NCBI RefSeq assembly: GCF_037042905.1
Contig: NC_087252.1
Coordinates: 16,990,001 to 17,054,000, forward strand
DNA from: Lytechinus pictus
Taxonomy: Eukaryota
Reading direction: 5' to 3'
Length of the DNA: 64,000 bases
The notes under the pieces were generated by a model. That model saw only the letters and a list, made by a program, of their open reading frames with translations. It was not told the DNA's origin and did not search any database. This document shows positions 36,501 to 51,505 of the stretch, piece by piece; the first letter of the stretch is position 1, and each line of letters opens with the position of its first letter. The translations under genes were made by a program, and so were the position numbers.

Positions 36501-37351
36501 CTAAGAAAAAAAATGAGTAAATTTTATTCAGTGTCATGAGCTTGTCAATTTTCATAATCTTATCCTCGGTACAATCCATTGATGGGCAGTCTGTCACTTA
36601 TGGGACTTAATTAAACTATAACTACCGACAAAAAGTACAGGTATCAAGAACAATCGCAAATTCTATAAATTTTCGGACGTTATTGTGTCAAAAAAGAAAG
36701 AAAAGAATAAAAAACTCTCCATTCTTCCCTCGTCCCTCTCTCTCTCCTTCTCACTATCACAAAGTATACATCTTCAACATGTTTTTTTATGAAGGCTTTA
36801 TTATAAATTGATTACTAACAGTTGAGGTAAATAGATATAATTTTTCAAATCTTTATACATACATCATGTATATCTTTTGTTTCAACAACACTTTCTTTTT
36901 ATATATCCTTGTACTGCTGGCCCCATGATCATAATTTTATTCGACAGATAGTATGCTCTGCTCATGTTTTTTTGGTGCACTTTGCGTGCAGAGTAATTCA
37001 TTGGTATAATGTGATCTCGGGCTTGTTCTATCATATACATTGGATGGACAGTCCAACTGTAATAATGCTTTACCAACCCTTATGCCATTCAGCATCGTTG
37101 CGCATTAATATGGCACAGTCACAACAACGATACTGAACTCAATCCGACCGTTGAGTTGCCAAAAGAGATAACGTAATGGCTTGGATCGGACCGGAGTGGA
37201 GTCGGCTTCGTTGCGAGTTGTGACCGAGGCATCATGTCAAGTATCGTCAACCCGCTACAATAAAAGCGTTGTCAATGTTACGGGTCAACCAAACCAGAAG
37301 GATATCGTACGGAGAACAGACGAAGGGAATCTCACATGCAGCGATAGCAAA

Positions 37352-37354
37352 ATG
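37352..37354 (+). CDS. sGC exon 1 (ATG only)
   Basis: GCAAAATG|GTAAGA; an ATG-only first coding exon is typical of sGC beta genes; exon 2 starts YG in phase 0. Confidence 0.7.
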
Positions 37355-40300
37355 GTAAGATAATAAATCCTACTTTGTAAGAAATTCCTTTAATTTAGAT
37401 GATGACAATAATACTAATAATGATGTTTCGATTTATGTAGCGTTTGTTTTTCAAGAGTACACAAAGCGATGTTTTTGACGTCAAACTGGTTAGGATAAAT
37501 CATTGCTTTTTGAAAATGCCAAGATGAAATGCTTTGGAGATATGGCGAGAAATTTAACATTTTTTTTTGCATCCACGTCGTAGACACTTTCTGCACCCGT
37601 TCAGAATCTACTGAAAACTCCCGTCACATCACAGTGGACAGATTAGTGGTCATTGTCGAAAGTTGGTGGACCGGGACAGCACATCGTCTTAAGATTCGGA
37701 CCGGACCATTAGTGCAATTAACTATATAATCATACACACCTAGAATAGTTGGGCAAACAAAATCCCAACTTTTAACCAACTCTGGGCAACATACCGTCCA
37801 CACAACTATTGGTTAAAATCTGTCCAAATTGGGTAATAAGAAAAATAATTGGGTAATGAATTTACTCACTTGGATGATAATTGCCCAGAATATACATATA
37901 TATTTTGCCAACATACATTACCCAACACAGTGGACAGTATGTTGCCCAAAATTGTAAGTGTGTATAATTACAATTAACAAGTGCATTTTTCCACAGTCCA
38001 GAACGGCATTGCTGTTTTGATTCACCGATTTTCGACAAAGACTGTTTTGTCATTGACAGGATTTTGAGAATTGGGTCTCTGTGTTATAGAAAGCGTCTGC
38101 GAAGTGATTAGTAAATTGCCAGAATGTTCCAAAGAGGGCAAGACAAGAATTGAGGCTAGCCTGTTTTCTTGATTTTGAATAACATAAGAAAGAGCATAAT
38201 GTAGGACGGATGAGACAATGTGTTTCGTTAATAAAAACTGAAGAATGTAAGGAAACCAGGATTCCAAGTTATTGTTTATGGTCTTTTACATAAATTATAA
38301 TGAAACGTAGCTTTTCCTTTTTTAGATACCCAATTTTTATATAATAATAATAATAATAATAATATATAATAATAATAAACACAGCATTTATTATGCGCCA
38401 TCTAGAAAACTATTCCGAGGCGCATAGGGATGGGGGGAGGGGGGGGGTTACAGAATAAATGAATTGCTTAGGCGTAGATGAGCAAGAAGAGTTTGACAAT
38501 TCAACGTCAAAGTCAAGTTGCGCAAAATATGGGTCGACATTTTTCTCTACTCATGAGAGTGGAATGAGATGGAAAGTGAGTTTCTGTGCAAACCGTTTCT
38601 GACATGCCTTAGTATTTGATTTACTCGACAATGCATGGATTGAGTAAGCATTTGGTCTCGGATCAAAGAAAGGATTCCATCCTTGATATCAATCATGTTC
38701 AATTTATGATCGAAACATAATGAATATTATATGTATTTTTAAAGAGGGAATTCTTTTTTTTGTGGGAAGCACTGCATCATTGTATTATGGAGCATTGTTT
38801 TTTGTATTGGATTGATCATTATATATGCAGTATATTTAGTTGAATGCACCAGATCTATATCAACGATGATAAAATGTCAACTTACCTTGATTAAAAAAAA
38901 ATGTCATGAAATCATGAGTGCTACAAGTATGCCTACATTAATAAACATGCAATGTAACGTGTCTCTTGTTTTTCTCTTATCATATCATGTATCAGTATGG
39001 CATCATAAACATATGTGCAAAATCTCTTATTACGGAAAGATATGGTGAAGCAACGTGGGAGAAAATAAGGTGAGAAATAATTATTCTACTAACCATTTGG
39101 TCTAATTGTCATTTAGCCAAACTGCCCCTGTGCCTAATTTCCAGTTGGGTTATACCCATTTACTCTAAATATTATCTGCTCGAACACCTTATAGTTTATT
39201 GGGTTAAATGAACTGTTTTTGAACCACTTTTCATTTGAAAAAGTACAAAATAACTAGTAGATGAAGCGGGAATTATTATCATATAGACATTAGTGGCATA
39301 ACAGAAAATGTAAATAACTGGGTATTACAAGAAACGGCGATTAGGCCAAATTGATATACGTAATAATAGACCAAATAGGTTTGTCCCTGCAGGAATGAAC
39401 GCAATGTCAAACAGTGTGATCACAGAGTGTTCACATAGTGAACTATGTCATGTATGTGGAAAGATTATTCACACTGCTGTAAACTCAAATACAATAGTGT
39501 GAAGACATTTTCACACTGGACACCTTAGCAGCGTGACTGTTCGCAGCGTGTTCACATGGTCAACTATGTGAATATGAGATATATAGTGCGTCCCAGAAAA
39601 AAAAAGGAACCGGTTTTCCCACATCTTTTTTCTTCAAAAGCAACTTAATAATGATATCTAATTTACATGATTATATGATTTAATTATTCATCTTTATATT
39701 GATACAGACACTTCAGGCGTTAATTAGCAAAACGAGTTTTAGATTTTAATGTAAAAACCAGGTTGCGCAGAAAAACTGTTTAAGATTGGTTCGTGACACG
39801 ACGAATGTGCTTATTCGACGATTGGCTCATTAGCATTTCTTTTGTATTCTTTGTTAAGATTCTCTCACTGATCCCTGAAATGATAAGGGATTGAGATTCA
39901 CACGCGAGTTTCTGCGCATATCATTTCTGATATGCATCATTATTTATTATTTGTAATCTGCCATGCGTAAACGGTCTGCTAAGCTGTTGGTTTCAAATTA
40001 GAGATGAGATTCCATTCTTTCCGGATGAGTATCAAATTTATAGTAAAACATATTTAATAATTGTGAAATCTATCTCTGAAAACGGGTTTCATTGTTTGTA
40101 GGACGCACTGTATTTGTGAACACACACGGACACACAATAGGGATAGCCCATGCTGAACTATTGATTTGATTTGATTGATTGATTTTTACCAACGATTTAG
40201 CACTCATACTACTTCAGTTACCGGTGTTCTACATATTATTTTTGTGTAAGTTATTGTATTCAAATTAAGTTTAGGGCTCGTCTTTTATACGATTGTTTTC

Positions 40301-43300
40301 TTTGTTGACAAGCCCCTCTATTTTACTTTAAAATGCAAAAAATATCCGACTCAGATTATTGTTATTTTTTTTTATTAGAAAGTAACTTTATTCAGACACT
40401 TCTATTTTTGAAAAGTGTTCCTCAAACCTCTATTTACGTTCTATACTGTATGATATTTTGGCTTAAAAATTGTTGGCTTTGCTATGTTATGTTTCCTATT
40501 ATTTGTATAACTGTGGAACGGATATAAATAAATCAAATCAATAACTGGCAAGTAGATCAACTGTCTGTAAAATAAACCACCACCACCAGCAAAAAAAAAG
40601 AACCCCTTCATTTACATCACACTGATAAACAATAGAACAATGATGTAAATGGTAACATTCACAGTATACTTCCTTGTGAAAAAGCTTATTATCCAATGCA
40701 TGACATACATGTTCACATTATCATACATATACCATGTATACCGTGTAATAAAATAGTTATAGAGGCCCCCCTTCCCCCTCCCCCTCTCTCCATTTTTCTG
40801 TCTTTTTATCACACATACTCTTACTATTAAAATGTGTTTGCCTTTCTCCCTCTCTCTCCCTCTTTACAACACACACACACACACCGATGCACACCCTACC
40901 GCATACATCCTCACACGCACCCAACGCACACACAAACACCCATACACACACTAACCTCTACACTGTAAAAAAAATATTTGGTGAATTTTTTACCAGCACG
41001 AGGGTAATTATGTGTCCAACCAGTCTGGGGCAATATTTTACCCAATGCGGGAAGCATATTGTCCCAGTAAGGTTAAAAAAAAGGGAACAATTACTTAAGA
41101 ATGGGCAAAACTTTCATGACACTGGATAAATAAAAATGACCAATGAACCTATTTAGTATTATGACCAATGTTGGTCGGACAAATAATTACCCTCATGGAA
41201 CATTTTTACCAAATATCGTTTAGAGTGTACCTTTTCCTCATTCTTTTCTGTCAGTAGGTAGTTTTCGCATTTACAACGGGGAAACCCTCAACAATGCATC
41301 GATTCCTTTGAAAATGCAATTAAAATCACAAAGGAGAGCTGATCGAGAGGCTTTTGTCGAAAGTATGTAGACTAGGACAACAGATCATCCGTATATTTGC
41401 ACCGGACGGGCAATTACAAATATGCCGTTGTCCAAAGTCAAGAGATTCCGATGCCTGTCCCGGTCCACCAACTTTCGACAAAAGCCTTTCGGCTCTCCAT
41501 TGTGATTTGACTTGCATTTTCAAAGGAATTGGTGCGTTGTAGAGAGTTTCCCCGTAATAAATGAGAAAAGTTCGACTTTTGTCTTCAGGGAGTCAGCAGG
41601 CGTGGATGACAAGTTTGTGAACTATAACGTATACGATGACGACGTCACCTACAAGATCGTACATGCTGCATCTCAGTTATTGGGTAATACTTAAGTCTTT
41701 TATTAAAGTCCTGCATGATAATGAAAATTATAACATTAGACTAACATAGCACAGCAATTTAGTATGATATTAAATTAGTGAAAAATAAACACCCCCAAAA
41801 TAGGCGTGACCAATAATGGTTTAAAATTTATCATGCGTGCTTTTTCAATTTAATGCAGTTAAACATTTATTTTCTTCCGATTGACATTTCATGATCCATT
41901 TTCATATAGAATTCACAAATCAATAATATGAGTAAACAATGGATGTAAAATACTTAATGTAAATGTTTGCTTGGTAATTGTAAGGTAAAAAGCCACTTGT
42001 CAGTGCTGAATTTTAAAACAACATTTTGGGAAGATAAAAGATCGTAAGAAGTAATTTTGTCGAACAAGAATGTATATCCAGTTTAAACCGATTTTGAGTA
42101 TTCCCTTTCTATGTAGACTTGAATGATAATTAATAATCGTGATGATTTTCTTCATCATCCTCATTATTCGTAAATGATAGAATTTTCGGTCAACCTAAGC
42201 TAAAGTGTATGCTTTCTATTTATTTATAAATAGCTAAATATGACATCAGTAAAGACGATGATTGCCTATAATAATGATATCAATAATGATGGTGATGGTG
42301 GTGGTGATGATGATAATGATAGTGTTGGTGGTGATGATGATGGTGATGATGATGATGGTGACGATGATGATAATGATGAAGTGTCGATCGGATGATCATG
42401 ATGAAGATGATAATGATGATGATGGGTCTATGATGATGATATGATGATGATGATACTGATGATGACGGTAATGGTGGTGGTGGTGGTGATGGTGATGATG
42501 ATGATAATGGTCGATGGCGCGCTAATGATAGATCCTTATTTCAGATGTTTTCATTATAAAATGAATTAACAAGCAGATATATGTAAAACCTTCTCCTGTC
42601 AGGTTTTATCTCTTTTATGAAAGAAACCCCGGAAATTGTGCTCGTTGCAATGTTTTTTTTTAAGTTTAAGTGTGTAATCATGTTCGGCACATGTGATTGT
42701 TTCAAAGAAAGTGGGAGGCCTAATCGTGGGACATCGAGATGATTAAGGCCTGTTCTAACCTGCTAATGGTATTCTCGTTCATTTACTAAACATTGATCCT
42801 TGCAGGCTTTGCATGCAGCCTAGAGCTGGATTGAAAAGGGCAAATGATCGGCAAAACAGGGGCATGAAATGTATTATTAACTGAACATTATACCTCGAAA
42901 ATGGGTTCGTTAAGCAATAAACTTCATTCAACAAACAAACAAGAAAGAGAGGGAGAAGATTTATAATACCTTGTATAAAAAATGGAAAATATATTAGATT
43001 GATCAGGGAACAAGGATGATAATACTGAACAGGGACGTGTCTCCCTCTCACGTCCCTTTACTGAGGTTGGAGAAAATGGGTGGGTGATTTAACGTAACCA
43101 TGGGCATGGTATTGGATTAGTGTCGATTACTCTCGATCATTAACTACTTTGAATACGACACTGTACATCAGTACATTGTGTGATACAGAGAGTAAATTAA
43201 TGATTATGATCGAGCCATGCTGAACGTTATAAGGTTGAATGAGCAATTTAAGATTAATAGCCCTGCTAAGCATGTCGGCATGTATCAAGTGTTAAATTAC

Positions 43301-45225
43301 ACACGACAAGGAATTAATAAAATAAAGGAAAAAAAATGGCGGAAACAAGACAGAAGACAGTCAGAGAGATAGTGAGAGGGAGAGATATCTGAGAGAAAGA
43401 AAGAAGAGAAGAGATGGAAGATGCCTAACCATTATAGCGGCTCAGTAATAGAGCGTCCGTGTCTTGAACGAGAAGATCTCTGGCTGAGGATGTTTCTCCG
43501 TTAATCTGTATTTTTACTTTCTTTCAAAAGTTTGCCAGTTTAAGCGCTTAAACCATCGAAAACAAAAGAAAAAGCTTGATAGAGCATCAAAGAGCTCTTT
43601 TGAGGCCACGGAAAACTCTTAAAGGAGAAATTCATTGATTATAAATAATGGTCTTCATGCATACCAATGTAAAGATAATTACAAGGAGATCATATTCACG
43701 CTATTCCAATATTATTTTGTAAAGAGATCTGGGGAGTAGATATCTTAAGTTTAAAACAGCTAAAATGCCCTTCAAAGAATCGGCTTCGAACAGGTCGCTA
43801 AACGTACAGATTTTCGTGACGTCATGGAGTCGGATAGGGCACAGCTAGAGCGAGAGTAGCAATTCACTCGCGTGCATGCCGGACATTACGAAGACTGATA
43901 ATTATGACAAAAAAAGTTTTCTCGGCTTAGATGAACATATTTTGTTTACCAGTGGAACTATTTTGTTGTCAATAAGTTGCTGATAATGTTTGTTTTGGTG
44001 ACAGCTTTAGGAATTGCTTCAGATTGGTCTAGATCTAGTTACCGGTACGCTTTCCCCAGAGTCAGACCCAGTCAAGCCTCCAGGCGACGAGTGAGTTTGG
44101 TCTGCCTATAATATGTCTCGGCCTCTTGATGATGATCCTTAAATCGAAGTAAAATATTGAAGACGAAAAGTAAATAAATGAAATTGATATGAATATTCAT
44201 ATATACCGAACGCCTCCGCTGGAATTAGCCTTTTAAGTGCCTACGATTTATGATGATAGAGGATACTCGTTCACCCCAGTAAAAAAAAAACATAAATGAA
44301 GTTAAAGAATTTGATCGTGGCAAAAAAGTTAAAATATAAATAAAATTAGTTAAATAATCCTAATTATCTTAAATAGTTTGATACAAAATTAAAAAAAATT
44401 ACTTTTTTGGTGAGTTAAAACAAAAAGTGCTCTAAGTTTTGTCTGTAGTAGAGAGTCTAGCTTGTTACTCTAACTAAGCTAACGTCAGATCTAACGTTGT
44501 CGTTTGTTATACCTTAGTTAGTAGGTCTATTGGGCCCACGTTGGATCTAGATCTATAGGCCTAACGTTAGATCTAGATCTAGTAGTAGTGCAGTGACAGT
44601 CTTATCTGTTAAGCCGACTCACCGTTTGCGAACATGCATTTGAAATTGAAGTGGAACGAACCACCGCAACAAGACTTGAAGATTGATAGGCCTACATCCA
44701 TTGTGTCCTTTATAGGATAGCTGTGACTTAGTCTTATTTTCAATAATGCTTAAGGCCATAGGGGTCGATATTTTTAAAATGAATAAACAAGCAAAAGTCA
44801 ACGATCGGCATCGCTCCATCGACATGTCATATCCGTTACTCGCACTTGCGCATAAGCGTGTAAATGCGCGAATTGTCTAAAACTTTCGATCAAATCGCGC
44901 GGATATTTATGGTATCCGCAATCACAGCAGAAAGCAACATTTGGCACGTAATCAAATAGGGATCTCAGCTAAATTATGCCATACCCGTCGTTAAGAGGCG
45001 GGTCGAGAACAAGGGGAGAAATTTTGCAAATTATGAAACTATGCCCGTTGCCCTTGGTTACCACATTTGCTTGTTGTTTTGCAGGCATGGTGGATTACAT
45101 GACCCCATTTTTGACCAATCAGACGAACGGATTATTCGACATTCTTAAAGAAAAAAGACCTCCTGTGCCAGGGACATTAGCGACTCTCTCATTTGCTTAT
45201 CGCTGAGTGGTGCATAGGTTTGTTA

Positions 45226-45260
<35 letters not shown>

Positions 45261-48200
45261 ATTAAAAATGTCATAACCTTCTTATTTTACTTCCGATTTT
45301 GATAAAATCTTCTGCGTTATGCTTGCTTAATCATTTTCAGTCGATTCAAATCAACAATTTATAGGTTGGACTTGACCTTTAGGCCTTCTGAAAGGCCAAG
45401 CGCTAACAAAACTCTACATTTTTTGTATTGGGTGTGTGTGTTGTTTCTTACATGTAGGTGGTGATATGTTCCCACATACTGTTAATTGTGTCATGGAGTA
45501 CCTTTCATGGAGCTTCAGGTCATGTTTGCGGCAGCATAGACCTACAACAAACTCTTTTCATTTTTTTAGATTGATGGATAAGAACTTAAAACTGATCTCA
45601 TATCCTTGATAAATTGTTCTTTTTTTTTTTGCTAGATTGCTCCATGGACGAGGTCTGGGAATTATTCGGTGTTTACTGGGTAATCTGGTGCATGAGAAAT
45701 GGCTATGACATCCTCTTTCGGACACTTGGTGGAACGCTGAGTGAATTCTTGAAGAGCCTGGACTTCTTACACAGTGTGTACATGAAAACAATGTACCCGA
45801 AAATGATTGTGCCTTCGTTCAGAGTTGAAGAAAAGGACGAAAGTAACTTCATTCTACATTATTATTCAAACAGAAGAAAACTAGGTGGGATCGTTCTTGG
45901 TAAGCTTTTAAAGAGAAATTCCAGTAGTTGCAGTAAACACTGATTTCATGAGAAAGTCTGTAAAACAAGGCTTAATTGTCAGTATATCATCGAGGATCTA
46001 GATCTGGTACAGTAACATAAACTGAACTTCGTGAAATCTTGAAATCTACACTGAAAAATGTTCAGACTGAAGATCCCCAACACAGATAAGCGCACGTGGG
46101 ACAGTGTATAATTATTGCTTTGAATGTCGTGCCCGACGCTCTACCCGAATCGGGCCCGAATCCTGTGCTTATTTGCTGATTTCAAAGCAATTACACAATT
46201 TCTTCCAGAATCCTTTGGCACATACGTTTTATTTATACAAGCAGACACTTTGGTGGTCATTTCATTGGATTCTGTACGAACTCATTTTGATATCGTTACC
46301 AAAACTAGCATTTACCTTTAAGGAGTTTTTGCCCCGCGAGGCAGAACGCTTCCAAGAACATAGCAAATGTATTGACAATTGCCCTACATGATAAAGACTG
46401 ACCAACTTAGAAGTCTCCGTCGAAAAAGTGGTGAATCCAAACACAGCCTTCTTCCTGGACTCTAGGCTAACGACATACTTCCAATTCTTCGTCAGCTCCG
46501 AAACGTATGATTAAACTGCTGTTCCGGCTCCGACAAAGGCCTCCAAGCTGTTCATTGTCGGTTGAAGGGCATTGTCAATACATATACTATGTTCTAGAGT
46601 CCGTCGTGCGTTGTGGAAACGAAAATTCCCAACGTTATAATATGTGGACTATGAGGACTTGAGAAGTAAATGTCGTTAAGTACTTTATTAGATTTCTTGC
46701 CCAATTTAAACACAAAGTTCACCACAGCTTTTTTCTCTACCGCAGCCGACTGTTTGAAATATGAAAGTTGCAAGATGATTCGCTAACGATTAATGAAATT
46801 AACTATCGGAACATTATTCATTTTCAAATTTATAATTCATTTAGTAACTACAGTGATAAACAATAACCATCTTTTGAAACAAACCCTAAATCGTTGATAT
46901 TTATATAATCCTGATAAGTTATGACTAAAGAAACCTTGTTAAAAGTGCGTTACATTGCGACCGTGTAATTATTTTTTTGTCTCCCCCTTCTTTTTGAAGG
47001 GATAGTGAAAGGCGTCTCTCGGATCATTTTCAATTCATCAATCTCGATGCATATAATTGATCACAATGAAGTAACCATTCTTGATAAGGTCAAAGATTAT
47101 TACCGATTCTATATCCGGGTCACGGACTATCGATTACCAGCTATCGGAACACACGGAATGATCACCGATGAGGTAAAGATTATGGCAATGCGTAATATTG
47201 TAAAGATATTATTTTCTTGTTGTTGAAGCTCAAACAAATATATTGCCAAAAATAGCTTCGAAATCGGATGTAAAATATTAAAGTCATGACATTTTAAAAT
47301 GTCGCTTAATTTTCACAAAACAGTTTTATGCACAAAACAGTTTTGTGCAAATGAGAGACGATGGTGTCGCCATCTCATTATTTCTTTTGCATTTTATTGT
47401 TTTGATTATGTAGTAATTTATCTTCAGATTTTACAATAAGGAAATTCTCCATCAAATCACAACAATGGTAATTTCACACTCTCAGGGAGAAATCAGTCTG
47501 TTTCACAAAATATCAAAGTATTTTCCACTTCTTATAATGAAAACTACAAAAGAAACAGTGAGTAGATGACGTCATCGGTTCACTCATTTGTATACCGACC
47601 AGGAAATACATGTAACTCTTTTGTGAATTTAGGCGAAATTTTAAAATGTCACAGCTTTCTTATCCTAAATTCAATTTCGATGAAATTTTAAGCTTGTCTA
47701 ATTTTTTTTTCTCTTTATTTTGAAATCAATAATATTTGCTGGGGTGAATTTGTGGACGTGTAGTGCGTGATGGGAAGAAATTAATATGTTGACCATTGGA
47801 ACTAGCTATTTCTGTTGGCCGAGGTATAATGTTATCCCTTTTTACAGGACAAGTCCCGTCCGACAAAAACATTTATTTGAATAAAACGAGACAAATCAGA
47901 TAATCACACTGAACAATTTATCAAAATCGGATGTATAACAAGAAAGTTATGACATTTTAAAGTTTTGCTTAATTTCACAAAAGAGTTGCATGCACATCCT
48001 GGTCGGTATGCAAATTAGGGGACTGGTGACATCACTCACTTACTATTTATTTTGTATTTTATCATACGAAATAAGAAATATGTTGATTTCCTCCACATTG
48101 TCATGTGAAATAAAGTTTTATTTCTCCCTGAACATGTGAAATAAATATTGTTTAACATTTTGTTGTTCAGTCAAGTTTGTCCTTATTGTCACATCGATAG

Positions 48201-48944
48201 AAATTAAAATATTGTATTATTCAAACAATAAAAAACAAAAGAAAAAAATAATGAGGAACATCATCGACTCTCTCATTTGCATATCACTGAGATGGGCATA
48301 TAACTATTTTTGAAAAACAAGCGATACTTTAAAATGTCATAACTTTCTTATTTTACATCCGATTTTGATGATATTTTCAGTGTTGTGCTTGTTCGATTTT
48401 CCCCTCATTGGTTCAAATCAACATTTTCTGTGGTGGACCTGACCTTTAATAATGATTGGAAGTACAAAATATAAGACTCATATGAAAAACAAATCTTTAT
48501 CAAGCCCCTACCTTCTTGACACCGATACCCACAAATTCCTTCCCCACACACTCACTCCCTTTCTCACGTTTTCTCTCGCACAATCCTTGCACTCTTCCAA
48601 TCCATCATTCTCATCTTCCACATATGTCCTCTCTTCTTCCATCTCCATCGCTCATACACTCAGCACATAATTATGCTTCCCACTATGTCTCGTGCACACA
48701 CACACACACACCCTCATTGTATCTCGCTTGCACACACATTCTACGTCCTTCCCCTTTCTTCCATCTCATCAAACATACACACACAAACCAATTATACTTT
48801 CTCACATGCACACGTCTGATGTCGCCCTCTCTCTCTCTCTCTCTCACGCACATCCACACCTGATATACACACCCGCACTTAATTTCTACAAACAAATACA
48901 CCCCCTTTCCCCTATCTCTCTCTCTCTCTCTCCCCCCCCCCCTG

Positions 48945-48981
<37 letters not shown>

Positions 48982-51432
48982 CTATCTACCTATCTATCTA
49001 TATATATCTATCTATCTATTTATCTACAACTATCGCTATTTATCTCTGGCATGATAGTGAGGTAAATCCAAAGAAATTGAAGTCAAAATAACGTATGGTT
49101 TTCCTTGAAAGTAAAGTCGGTTTCTTTAATTTTTGAGGTAGGCATATATGGTTATTGATTTTTTTTTCCTTGGCGTTGCTTTCTTAAGGAATGGAGATCT
49201 GTCATAAGTGGGAGGAGTAGCAATCACATTCGTCATACATCTATAGGATCTTATCACCAAGGAGGAGCAATCATACGAGACCATTCTAAACTCAGCTGCT
49301 ATGATTTGGTAATGCCTTGTCAGAGGAATGACCAACATACATTCCATCCAAACCTGCCTGAAAGGTATGAAGTTATTATTATTCATATTAAGCTCTTCAA
49401 CTCATTTTCATTGTCCTTCCATTTCATTCTTCTTGGTTTTCGGCTTAGTTGTCTTATTTCCTTTTAATTTATTTAGTCTTCTTCTATTTCCTCCTCCTCC
49501 TCCTCTTCCTCCTTTTCTTTCTTCTTCTTCTTCTTCTTCTTCTTCTCCCCTCCTTTTTTTCTTCTCATCTTCCCTTTTCCTCGTATTCTTCTAGGTCTTA
49601 TTCCCTTCTCCTCCTCTTTCTTCTTCATCTTATTCTTTTTCTTTTTTCTTCTTCCTCTTATTCTTTTTCTTTTTTCTTCTTCCTCTTCTTCTTGTTTTTC
49701 TTCTTCGTCTTCTTCTTCCTTCTCCCCCTTCTACACCGTCTTCTTTGTCTTCTTCATCATCTTCTTCCTCCTCCATCGTTCTCCAAAACCTCAACTTCTG
49801 CATTCTGTCCCACTTCTTAAATTTCTCCTCGCGTCTTTCCTATGAAACCCTTTTACACTGACAGCCATGAAATGCATTAGCAAACTGTGTTGATTATATG
49901 CATCATTGCCAAATTTAAATAAGTTATAAAACACTCAGGCTTTAGCAATTGATATGATACCCACGAAAGATTTTAAAACATTTCCATAATATATGTGCTG
50001 AATTTGATGCTACGCTGCTAACGTCTATAACTCTACATCATGACAGAGCCCTATTTTTTTATTTATTATTATTTTTTTTTTAGTTTTCTGGGTCTCATTA
50101 GGTAAAAAGGTTTTGCAAGGTCGCATCTGTCATTTACTGTTTAAATTAGGGTACCTTTGTTGCATGTGAACATGATTTTGTATATACCAGATGTGATTTA
50201 TATTCAATTCTTTTATTTTATTTTAAGCCTATGGGTCTTGAAAATATAGGACTATGTCATAATACGCAATTTCACTACAACTACATGTTTTTCCCCTTTA
50301 GTCATGATAGTTACGAGGTATTCATTAAACTGCATTATGCAAGTCTGATTAAAACATTCGATGATTACAAGTTCGGCATAAATTATATATAGTTCTGAAA
50401 CATTAATGATATATGGTGCTGTGGTTTTTTTTTTGTAATTATTATTACTATAACACATACATGTTATGGCCCTGGGAAGTTGGGGTGCTGGGGTTTCCTA
50501 AAGCACCCTCAAAATTTTCCTTGGGGGTGCTGCGTGTGGGGGTTATTTTTGATTGGCAGCACCACCTGGAAATATGTTAGGAATGATAAAATGACAGAAA
50601 TGTAATGAAAATCAACCACGTTTTGTAGGTACCACCCCCTTCAGATTTTCCCTACACATTGCTTGAAATAGTGCTTAAATTCACCCTATTCAGATCAGAA
50701 TATCAAATATTTCAGCTCGCGCCTCGCATTATTGATTTTCATAATTAAAAATGTATTTAGAATGCTCGGATTCTAGGTATAAATCTAAATACGCGCACGC
50801 ATGTTTATTCAGATACACAGAATTTGTTTCTTTTATATTAAAAACGTGCCTAAATTATAAAGTTTAAGATCAGAATGTCAAAAAATTCTGCTCGTGCTCC
50901 GCGCTCATATTACCTTTTGCGCGCTGATGTTGTAATCTTTCACAATTGTACAATTGAATTCAGAAGTCGTAATGAATAATTTTCTCCCCTAATTTCAAAT
51001 TTGATAAGCTAATGAAAATAAATAGTTCTTGAATAACATCTATATAATAATAATGAATATCAGTGATGCAATATGCAAATCTTGAATCGAAGTAAATAGC
51101 ATGGAAACAATTGTCAATCCCCCCACGAGATTAAAATAGTGTGCAAAGAGGTAATGTAGGACGATACCCAATCACCCATCCTTTCCTGATTGACAAAATA
51201 TGATTATAGAGTGTTCCTTTTTTAGATCTAAATTTCAATTGTTTCCGTTCGCGCTTAGCACTCGCATCAGTTGTACGTATACTTATGTAATTATTCTGTA
51301 CATAATATAAGAAAAGTGCTTAAAATTTCCAGTTTTTAGGTCTGAAATCTCAATTTCTTTGTAATGTCATGTTCATGATAAAAAAAAATGCTTAGAATGT
51401 GCAGTTCTTAATTCGGAATATCAAAGATTTTC

Positions 51433-51505
<73 letters not shown>

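Noticed and set aside
43619..45210. CpG-rich intronic stretch with AGATCTAGATCT motifs and short ORFs, possibly a nested gene
   Set aside because: No recognisable protein motif or consistent exon chain; starts with TTAAAGG like the local TTAA transposon families, so probably a TE remnant whose ends I could not define.
49247..49308. Alternative shorter exon 6 (ctatag|[20 protein letters not shown]|gtaatg), also phase 0 to 2
   Set aside because: Weak pyrimidine tract, and it loses the FHPNLPER segment that matches beta2 subunits; 49189-49364 is preferred, though minor use cannot be excluded without RNA data.
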